DNA of 64,000 bases from an uncultured Acidobacteriaceae bacterium (GTDB taxonomy: Bacteria > Acidobacteriota > Terriglobia > Terriglobales > Acidobacteriaceae). The translations under genes and the position numbers were made by a program. A model generated the notes under the pieces. That model worked only from the letters and a program-made list of their open reading frames with translations, made no database searches and was not told where the DNA came from. The stretch lies in assembly GCA_963697045.1 (NCBI GenBank), contig CAVOMO010000001.1, positions 100,444-164,443 on the forward strand, given 5' to 3'. Shown here one piece after another: positions 39,870 to 47,057 of this stretch; position 1 is the first letter of the stretch; each line of letters opens with the position of its first letter.

Positions 39870-40236
39870 CGCATTTCACTTCTATCAACGTGCCAGACGC
39901 AACCACCTGCGCGATGGTTCTATCGTCATAGCTCAGCAGTTCAGACGCGAGCCTTTTCACGGCAGCCAACTCGTCCGCGGTGACGTTGTCCATTTCCTTC
40001 TTGGCGAAGCCGTGAACAAAGAAAGCCCGTGCGCCGGCCCTGAATATAATGAGCGCACGAAACCCGCCCGATTTCCCCTGGCCAGGGCGCGCGATGCGCT
40101 GCTTGATGACGCCAGCACCAAGATTGGCGGCGATCAAGCCCTGCCCGGCATCCCGGACCGCCTGGCACAATTCCACATCACTGATGCCGGCCTTCTTCCC
40201 AAAGCGCGCGAACGCTTTGGTCTTGAACATCCGCAT
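39850..40236 (-). CDS. RelE/HigB-like type II toxin
   Basis: 128-aa ORF, MRMFKTKAFARFGKKAGISDVELCQAV...GKSGGFRALIIFRAGARAFFVHGFAKKE. This is the pattern I associate with the toxin family that pairs with YiaG-like antitoxins. The toxin-first gene order is the HigBA style. Confidence 0.7.
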   Translation of the reverse strand: MRMFKTKAFARFGKKAGISDVELCQAVRDAGQGLIAANLGAGVIKQRIARPGQGKSGGFRALIIFRAGARAFFVHGFAKKEMDNVTADELAAVKRLASELLSYDDRTIAQVVASGTLIEVKCDEKTIS

Positions 40237-40318
40237 CTATCCTTACCAGAATTGCCTCGGGCACTGCCCGGAGGCTAGTATAACACTGAGTGCGGTAGTT
40301 AATTCGGCACGAGGATCC

Positions 40319-41200
40319 ATGAAGAAGCAGGTTTGCAAGGCGGTTTTTCCGGCGGCGGGACTGGGCACCCGATTTTTGCCCGCCACTAAGGCCCAGCCCA
40401 AAGAGATGATGCCGCTGGTGGACAAGCCCATCATTCAGTACGGCGTCGAAGAAGCACTGGCGTCAGGCTGCGATCAGATCATCATCGTGACCGGGCGGGG
40501 CAAGAGCGCGATCGAAGATCACTTCGACATCAGCTACGAGCTGGAGAAGATGCTGGAGGAGCGCGGCAAGACCGACTTGCTGGCCATCGTGCGCCAGATT
40601 TCGGAGATGATCCACATCGCCTACGTCCGCCAGAAAGAGGCCCTGGGACTGGGTCACGCGGTCTTGATGGCGCGCGAGCTGGTCGGCGATGAACCGTTCG
40701 CGGTGATCCTGGCCGACGACATTATCGACGCCCAAGTCCCATGCCTGAAGCAGATGATCGAAATCTACAACGAGACCGGATGCTCCGTGCTGGCGACGCA
40801 GGTGATCGAAGGTAAAGCCATCTCTTCGTACGGCGTGCTCGATGCTAAACCGGTTGAGGGCAAATGGAAGGGCCGGCTCTTCGAAGTGCAAAACCTGGTG
40901 GAGAAGCCGAAGCCGGAAGACGCACCTTCGAACCTGGCGATCGTCGGCCGGTACATTCTGACGCCCGCAGTATTTGAAATGCTGGAAGCAACGTCGCACG
41001 GAGCAGGTGGTGAGATACAGCTCACGGACGGCCTGAAGCAGCTGCTCAAGAAGGAAAAGATTTACGGCTACACCTTCGAAGGCAAGCGGCACGATACCGG
41101 CGACAAGCTGGGCTTCCTAAAAGCGACGGTGGAGTTTGCCCTCAAGCGCGAGGACCTGGGCCGCGATTTCAGGGAGTATTTGAAGACGCTAGAAATATAG
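40319..41200 (+). CDS. galU: UTP--glucose-1-phosphate uridylyltransferase
   Basis: The ORF track starts at 40049, inside the toxin gene. The ATG at 40319 gives MKKQVCKAVFPAAGLGTRFLPATKAQPKEM, the canonical GalU N-terminus. Confidence 0.9.
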   Translation: MKKQVCKAVFPAAGLGTRFLPATKAQPKEMMPLVDKPIIQYGVEEALASGCDQIIIVTGRGKSAIEDHFDISYELEKMLEERGKTDLLAIVRQISEMIHIAYVRQKEALGLGHAVLMARELVGDEPFAVILADDIIDAQVPCLKQMIEIYNETGCSVLATQVIEGKAISSYGVLDAKPVEGKWKGRLFEVQNLVEKPKPEDAPSNLAIVGRYILTPAVFEMLEATSHGAGGEIQLTDGLKQLLKKEKIYGYTFEGKRHDTGDKLGFLKATVEFALKREDLGRDFREYLKTLEI

Positions 41201-41221
41201 TCGGCGACTTCGGTTAGGCGT

Positions 41222-41731
41222 CTAGTGCTTGTTGCTCTCTTTCAGTTTGCGCGATTTTGCTTCGACGCCTGCGGCCAGTTTTTGCTTGTGGGCTTCCAGC
41301 TTTCTGGCCACCTCTTCATCGTAAAGCCCGATCATCTGCGCTGCAAGGATGCCAGCATTAGTCGCGCCCGGTTTGCCAATGGCGACGGTCGCAACTGGAA
41401 TTCCCGCCGGCATCTGCACCATTGCAAGCAGCGAGTCGAGTCCCAGCAGCGCAGTGGATGGGATCGGCACGGCAATAACCGGCAGCGTCGTCTCAGCGGC
41501 GATGACGCCGGCAAGATGTGCGGCTCCGCCCGCGCCGGCAATGACCACCTTCACTCCGCGTGCTCTCAGTCCCCGCGAATACTCGCTGGTACGTGCCGGC
41601 GAGCGGTGCGCCGAGGTGATGTCGATTTCGTACGGAATGCTAAACTCGGCGAGCGCCTTTGCAGCCTCGTTCATGATGTCGAGGTCGGAGTCGCTGCCCA
41701 TGACGATGGAGACGAGAGGATGTTTGTCCAT
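41222..41731 (-). CDS. purE: 5-(carboxyamino)imidazole ribonucleotide mutase
   Basis: 169-aa ORF with motifs IVMGSDSD and IAGAGGAAHLAG. Confidence 0.95.
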   Translation of the reverse strand: MDKHPLVSIVMGSDSDLDIMNEAAKALAEFSIPYEIDITSAHRSPARTSEYSRGLRARGVKVVIAGAGGAAHLAGVIAAETTLPVIAVPIPSTALLGLDSLLAMVQMPAGIPVATVAIGKPGATNAGILAAQMIGLYDEEVARKLEAHKQKLAAGVEAKSRKLKESNKH

Positions 41732-41767
41732 GTTTTGGGATTTCCTGGGATGAACCTTTCTTGAAGG

Positions 41768-41914
41768 GGCACGGCTTCAGCCGTGCCGTAGGGTGCTGTG
41801 ATTAAGGTGGCTTTAGCCACTGAGGGACTTGGCTATTGAGTCGAAGTGCGAGTCTCCTCGGGGGCTGAAGCCCTAACCCTCAACGCACACATGCGGCGCA
41901 GCTAGAGCTGCGCC
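41768..41914. repeat. Cluster of four GC-rich tetraloop hairpins between purD and purE
   Basis: The hairpins are GGCACGGC-TTCA-GCCGTGCC (41768-41787), GTGGC-TTTA-GCCAC (41807-41820), GGGC-TGAA-GCCC (41862-41873) and GGCGCAGC-TAGA-GCTGCGCC (41895-41914). Confidence 0.65.
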
Positions 41915-41930
41915 CTTTCAAAACCATATC

Positions 41931-43217
41931 TCATTTCCCCGCGCGCAGATGTTTCAGCCCACGCGCCGCGATGTCTTTGCGGTAGTGCATGCCGTCGAAG
42001 CGGATCTTCATGACCGCGTCATAAGCGCGCTCCACCGCTTCCGGCAGGTCCTTTCCGTGAGCGGTCACACCCAGTACGCGGCCACCAGACGTGTAATAGG
42101 CCCCATCACGGCGATTGGTGCCGGCATGGAAAACTTTCACTCCATAAATTCGCTCCGCTTCGTCAATACCGCTTATGAGTTTGCCAGCCTCGAACCCGCC
42201 GGGATAACCTCCCGATGCCATCACCACGCAGACCGCGGGATCACGGGTCCAGCGAAAATCACCTTCGCTGACGCGCCCCTCGATTGACGCTTCAATCGCT
42301 TCCAGCAGATCGCTTTCCATGCGCATCATGATGGGCTGGGTCTCCGGGTCGCCGAAACGGCAATTAAACTCCAACACCATTGGTCCGCGCGCGGTCATCA
42401 TGATGCCACAATAGAGGATGCCTTTGTACTCCGCGCCCTCGGCTTTCATGCCGGTGATGACGGGACGCGCGATGTGGGTCACCAGCCAGTCGCGCATCTG
42501 CGCATCAACCATCTGGTCAGTCGAATAAGCTCCCATGCCGCCGGTGTTTGCGCCTTGATCATCGTCTGCAATGCGCTTGTGGTCTTGCGCGGCCACCAGC
42601 GGAACCACGCGCTCTCCATCGCTCATCACCAGGAACGACAGCTCTTCGCCCTCCAGACATTCCTCTAACACCACGCGCGATCCAGCTTCGCCCAGTGTCT
42701 TGCCACTGAGCATGTCCTCGGCGGTGCGCTGCGCTTCGTCCTTGCTCGGCGCGATGACGACACCCTTGCCCGCCGCGAGACCGTCGGCCTTGACTACGAT
42801 TGGAGGATGAAACAACTTAAGGGCCTCACGAACTTCATCCGAGTTGCCGCAGACCGAGTATTTGGCCGTGGGGATGCGGTGCCGCTGCATGAATTCTTTA
42901 GCGAAACTCTTGCTCGACTCCAGCTGCGCGGCGGCGCGGGTCGGGCCGAAGACAGGCCAGCCGCGGCTCTGGAATTCATCCACCACGCCTAGCGTTAGCG
43001 GCAGTTCGGGGCCAACCACGGTAACGTCGGGGCTGAGCCTATTCGCCAGCTGTACCAACGAATCCAGGCTCTTGAGGTCCACGGCGACGCATTCGGCGTC
43101 GGCAGCGATGCCGCCGTTTCCCGGGGCGCAATAAAGCTTGGTCACCCGCGGCGACTGCCGCAGCTTCCATACGATCGCGTGTTCGCGACCACCGCTGCCG
43201 AGGACGAGGACTTTCAT
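41931..43217 (-). CDS. purD: Phosphoribosylamine--glycine ligase
   Basis: The ORF track extends to 43304. The ATG at 43217 gives MKVLVLGSGGREHAIVWKL, the canonical PurD start. Confidence 0.95.
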   Translation of the reverse strand: MKVLVLGSGGREHAIVWKLRQSPRVTKLYCAPGNGGIAADAECVAVDLKSLDSLVQLANRLSPDVTVVGPELPLTLGVVDEFQSRGWPVFGPTRAAAQLESSKSFAKEFMQRHRIPTAKYSVCGNSDEVREALKLFHPPIVVKADGLAAGKGVVIAPSKDEAQRTAEDMLSGKTLGEAGSRVVLEECLEGEELSFLVMSDGERVVPLVAAQDHKRIADDDQGANTGGMGAYSTDQMVDAQMRDWLVTHIARPVITGMKAEGAEYKGILYCGIMMTARGPMVLEFNCRFGDPETQPIMMRMESDLLEAIEASIEGRVSEGDFRWTRDPAVCVVMASGGYPGGFEAGKLISGIDEAERIYGVKVFHAGTNRRDGAYYTSGGRVLGVTAHGKDLPEAVERAYDAVMKIRFDGMHYRKDIAARGLKHLRAGK

Positions 43218-43447
43218 GGGACCAGGTTTCGCACGACGTTTCGTTTGCCGAAAATGAGATGCCAAGCGAAAGAAAAGAGTAGGGCGCAGTGCGCCCGATG
43301 TCAAACTTGCAATGGGGCTGCCATTCTGAGCGAGGTCGCCGCGGGGGCCGAGTCAAAGGACCCCATAACCGCGGGATCGCTGTGTAACCGTCTCGCCCAG
43401 CAACAAATCTGGGATTGCCTTGCAATCCGCTATTAACTGTCGTTAAC

Positions 43448-43466
43448 TAAGACTTAACAAGTCTTA
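43448..43466. promoter_or_regulatory. AT-rich palindrome TAAGACT-TAACA-AGTCTTA abutting the mntR start codon (candidate operator)
   Basis: Perfect 7-5-7 inverted repeat read directly. It is preceded by two TTAACT direct repeats (43433, 43443). Confidence 0.3.
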
Positions 43467-44149
43467 TGATCACGGTTTCCAAAGAAGACTATCTCAAGGC
43501 TATCCTGGAAGCAGAGGGCGAAGGCGAACAGGTCATCTCAGCCCGCCTGGCGCAATGGCTTTCGGTTTCCGCTCCGGCGGTCACCATGGCTTTGCGGCGG
43601 CTCAAGCGCGACAGCCTGGTTTTCGTGCGAAACGACGGGCGAGTGCAACTCACGGCAGAGGGACGGAAGATCGCCCGGCGACTGGCCGTACGGCATCACC
43701 TGATCGAACGCATGCTGAACGAGATCTTCGGCATGGAGTGGTACAAAGTGCATGATGAAGCGGAGCGCCTGGAACATGCCGTCTCCAGCGACTTTGAGGC
43801 CATGCTCACGCGCAAATTAGGACGCGGGGGGCCTTGTCCGCATGGGAATTCACCCACGCCTGAGTCTCCGCGTAGCAAGCGTAAACGTGGGCTGCTGTTG
43901 CTCTCCGAAGCGCAGCCTGGGGGGCGTTATGCGGTGCAAAGCGTTTATGAGCGTGACCGCAGGCTGGGAGAATTTCTGGAGAGGCTTGGTATTCGCCCCG
44001 GAGCAGAGATTTCGGTCCATCTCCGAAACTACGACGATACTCTTAGCTTGATCACCGCGGCGGGCAAGGTGTCGCTAGGCCGCAGCGCCGGGGAAAAAGT
44101 GTGGGTTGCACCTACCAATGGCGACAGTCCATCTCCGTCCAAAAAATAA
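43466..44149 (+). CDS. mntR: DtxR/MntR family metal-dependent transcriptional repressor
   Basis: 227-aa ORF. The N-terminal wHTH (EDYLKAILEAEGEGEQVISARLAQWLSVSAPAVTMALRRLKRD) is followed by a dimerisation/metal region (HHLIERML...HDEAERLEH) and a C-terminal FeoA/SH3-like tail. It is adjacent to mntH. Confidence 0.8.
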   Translation: MITVSKEDYLKAILEAEGEGEQVISARLAQWLSVSAPAVTMALRRLKRDSLVFVRNDGRVQLTAEGRKIARRLAVRHHLIERMLNEIFGMEWYKVHDEAERLEHAVSSDFEAMLTRKLGRGGPCPHGNSPTPESPRSKRKRGLLLLSEAQPGGRYAVQSVYERDRRLGEFLERLGIRPGAEISVHLRNYDDTLSLITAAGKVSLGRSAGEKVWVAPTNGDSPSPSKK

Positions 44150-44169
44150 TTAACTACGGTTTAGTAAAT
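44149..44169. promoter_or_regulatory. AT-rich inverted repeat ATTAACTA-N5-TAGTAAAT upstream of mntH (candidate MntR operator)
   Basis: 8-5-8 inverted repeat with one mismatch, ~64 nt upstream of the mntH GTG. It shares TTAACTA with the region upstream of mntR. Confidence 0.3.
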
Positions 44170-44232
44170 CCTGTATACTTCGGCTAATAATGTTGATCTA
44201 CGGCGACGAGTTACGCCGCCTCCTTTTGTTGG

Positions 44233-45669
44233 GTGAGCTTGAACACGAAACCCCAGGCACCTCCTAGCCCGCAAGATGTACGACCGGATGAAACCGGGGC
44301 CGCCCTCGGCAACCATGTGTCGCTGGAGGGTATGCATAGCACCGTTGCTGTGCCATCCCATGACGCGGGCTTTTGGCAACAGTGGCGGGCATTCGTCGGG
44401 CCGGCGATTCTGGTCAGCGTCGGCTATATGGATCCCGGCAATTGGGGGACCGACCTCCAAGGCGGGGCGCAGTTCAAGTATGGGCTCTTGTGGGTAGTCG
44501 GCCTGGCCAGTCTGATGGCCATCTTTATGCAGGTCATCTCCGCCCGGCTGGGAGTGGTGACGGGCAAGGACCTGGCGCAATGCTGCCGCGACTGGTATCC
44601 CAGGTGGACTCGCTGGCCCAATTGGCTGATGAGCGAAGTGGCCATCGGCGCTTGCGACTTGGCGGAGGTGCTGGGAAGCGCGGTCGCCCTTAACCTGATG
44701 TTCCACATCCCGCTGCTCTGGGCGGTCATCATTACAGGCTTGGACGTGCTGCTGCTGCTGGCCTTGCAGCGGTTCGGAATGCGTACCATCGAGGCCATTG
44801 TCGTCCTGCTGATCGCCACCATCGGCGTGTGCTACTTCATCGAGATTTTCGTTTTGCCGCAAACCCAGCCCAGTTTCCTGGAAATGGGACGGGCACTGAT
44901 TTCGCCGCGCCTTCGCCAAGCTGGGATGTTGTATGTCGCCGTCGGCATCATCGGCGCGACCGTGATGCCGCACAATCTGTACTTGCACTCGGCCCTGGTG
45001 CAGAGCCGCAAGCTGCAGAAAGACGAACCGTCGATGCGGCGCGCGGTGCGCTTCAACACCATTGACTCAACTGTGGCGCTCACCATCGCTTTCTTCGTCA
45101 ATGCGGCGATCCTGGTGCTGGCGGCCATGGTGTTCTTTGGCAAGGAAAGCGTGACCATTACCGGCGGCCAGGTAGTCAAGTTCGGAGCTAACAGCGATTG
45201 GATTCGAGTCGCGTATTTGACCCTGGCGCCGTTGTTGGGGACAGCTTTCGCGAGCACGCTGTTTGCGGTGGCTCTGTTGGCCAGCGGCCAGAGCAGCACC
45301 ATTACCGGCACGCTCGCCGGGCAAGTCGTGATGGAAGGCTTCATGCACTGGCGGATCAAACCGTGGGTGCGGCGGCTCATCACTCGCACGCTCGCCATCC
45401 TGCCTGCTGTCTTTATTATCGGCTTGCGAGGCGACAGCAGCGTTACCGACCTGTTGATCCTCAGTCAGGTGGTCTTAGCGTTGCAGCTTCCCTTCGCCAT
45501 GTTTCCGCTGCTGCAGTTCACCAGCTCGCGCAAGCGAATGGGGAGTTGGAAGAACGGTTGGTTTCTACTGTTCGCGGGTTGGGGCAGTGCTATGCTGATC
45601 ACCGCGATGGACCTTTACAGCTTGCCCGAATCGCTGAAAGCCGCGTGGCAAGTGATTGCCGGCAGGTAG
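44233..45669 (+). CDS. mntH: Nramp family divalent metal (Mn2+) transporter
   Basis: 478-aa polytopic ORF with the Nramp signature GYMDPGNWGTDL. Confidence 0.9.
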   Translation: MSLNTKPQAPPSPQDVRPDETGAALGNHVSLEGMHSTVAVPSHDAGFWQQWRAFVGPAILVSVGYMDPGNWGTDLQGGAQFKYGLLWVVGLASLMAIFMQVISARLGVVTGKDLAQCCRDWYPRWTRWPNWLMSEVAIGACDLAEVLGSAVALNLMFHIPLLWAVIITGLDVLLLLALQRFGMRTIEAIVVLLIATIGVCYFIEIFVLPQTQPSFLEMGRALISPRLRQAGMLYVAVGIIGATVMPHNLYLHSALVQSRKLQKDEPSMRRAVRFNTIDSTVALTIAFFVNAAILVLAAMVFFGKESVTITGGQVVKFGANSDWIRVAYLTLAPLLGTAFASTLFAVALLASGQSSTITGTLAGQVVMEGFMHWRIKPWVRRLITRTLAILPAVFIIGLRGDSSVTDLLILSQVVLALQLPFAMFPLLQFTSSRKRMGSWKNGWFLLFAGWGSAMLITAMDLYSLPESLKAAWQVIAGR

Positions 45670-45696
45670 TCTGGCGGCGAGAGAAACGGGACGACC

Positions 45697-46113
45697 ATGT
45701 ACGACACCATTCTCGTAACACTGGACGGTACTCCGACCGATCGCGCGATCATCGAACACATCAAACAGCTGGCGAAGCTGGCGCACAGTCATTTGGTGTT
45801 GCTGCATGTGGCCGACGGATGGGCGGCCCGGACCTATGGCTCGGACGCGATCAGCCCGGAAATCGCGGAAGACACCGCGTATTTGGAGAGAGTGCGGACG
45901 GAGTTTCAGTCCATCGGCATTTCCGCGGAGGCTGAATTGGCATACGGCGAGCCGGTCAAGGAAATCATCAAATGGGTGCAGCGGAAGGGCTGCGACCTGG
46001 TTGCGATGAGCACCCACGGCCATCGCTTCCTCGCCGATCTATTTCTCGGCACCACCGCCACGCAAGTTCAGCACAGTGTCAGCGTTCCCGTGCTTCTCCT
46101 CAGGGCGAAATAA
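45697..46113 (+). CDS. Universal stress protein (UspA family)
   Basis: 138-aa ORF, MYDTILVTLDG...LVLLHV...DLVAMSTHGH...GTTATQVQHSVSVPVLLLR. This is the typical Usp pattern. Confidence 0.85.
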   Translation: MYDTILVTLDGTPTDRAIIEHIKQLAKLAHSHLVLLHVADGWAARTYGSDAISPEIAEDTAYLERVRTEFQSIGISAEAELAYGEPVKEIIKWVQRKGCDLVAMSTHGHRFLADLFLGTTATQVQHSVSVPVLLLRAK

Positions 46114-46116
46114 CCG

Positions 46117-46959
46117 TTGGGTGCAAGATTGAACATTCGCACCTTTTTATCGCAGCTGGCATTGTTTCTGGTCATGGCGCTGGTAGCCGTGGCCCAGCAG
46201 CAGGAGCCATCCAAAAATCCGGCCGCCAGCGGCGCCGCCGATGATGCCGTAGCCAATCCTGCCAGACCCACAGTCTCCACCCCCGCAACGCTTACTCCGG
46301 TTGGGTATTTTCAATTCGAGACCGGTGTCCTGGCTGCGTGGAACTCGCCTGGAGTGTCCTCGCAGCAAAGTCTCAACGAGGTAATAAAGTTCTCCGCGTC
46401 GCGCTGGATTGAATTGTTGGTCGCGGACGAGCCGTATGCGCATTCCCACGCGACCGATGGACCCACGAATAGTTCAGGAGACGTGGACCTCGGGATCCAG
46501 GGAATTATCCATCACGGGGAGGGCGCTAATCCGACGATTGCGATGAGTTACTTCGGCCGAGTTTACAGTGGAGATGCGCCTGATCTTGACATCGGCAGCT
46601 TCAGGAACTCAGCGTTGCTTCTGATCAGTGCGGACGTTAAAGGCTTCCACTACGACACGAACTATATCTTCAATGAGGTCGCTAACGGTGCGGTGCGCCG
46701 GGCCCAGTTTGGCCAGACACTTTCGGTGTCGCATCCACTGTGGAAGAAGTTCGGGATCTCCGGCGAAATATGGCACTTCACACAGCCCTTTCTGCACGGC
46801 AATGCTGTGGGCAATCTGTGGGCGGTGAACTACAATGCGCGGAAAAATCTTGTATTCGATTTCGGCTTTCAACATGGAATAACGAGTACGTCCGCACAAT
46901 GGGAGGCGTTTGCCGGCTTCACCTACCTGCTCCCGCACAAGCTCAGGCTGCCTTGGTAG
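46117..46959 (+). CDS. Putative outer-membrane beta-barrel protein
   Basis: 280-aa ORF with a TTG start and the signal peptide ...LALFLVMALVAVAQQ. Alternating beta-strand-like segments follow, with a C-terminal aromatic residue. It lies immediately downstream of mntH-usp. Confidence 0.55.
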   Translation: MGARLNIRTFLSQLALFLVMALVAVAQQQEPSKNPAASGAADDAVANPARPTVSTPATLTPVGYFQFETGVLAAWNSPGVSSQQSLNEVIKFSASRWIELLVADEPYAHSHATDGPTNSSGDVDLGIQGIIHHGEGANPTIAMSYFGRVYSGDAPDLDIGSFRNSALLLISADVKGFHYDTNYIFNEVANGAVRRAQFGQTLSVSHPLWKKFGISGEIWHFTQPFLHGNAVGNLWAVNYNARKNLVFDFGFQHGITSTSAQWEAFAGFTYLLPHKLRLPW

Positions 46960-47057
46960 GCCTATCCACATGCCTCCCCGGCGGTTTAAGATAAGAAGTA
47001 CTGCATTGTTGGAAACCGCGCCCTCATCTAGCTCCTCAATACAGAAGGGAATCATCC

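Noticed and set aside
40049-40318. N-terminal 90-codon extension of the galU ORF, plus similar extensions of purD (43218-43304), ispD (14992-15108) and the YqeY-like gene (59402-59554)
   Set aside because: The extensions overlap neighbouring genes or intergenic repeats and precede canonical N-termini (MKKQVCKAVFPAAGLGTRF, MKVLVLGSGGREHA, MKVIVIIPAAGLGTRM, MSLTQQVQKDM). Internal starts are preferred.
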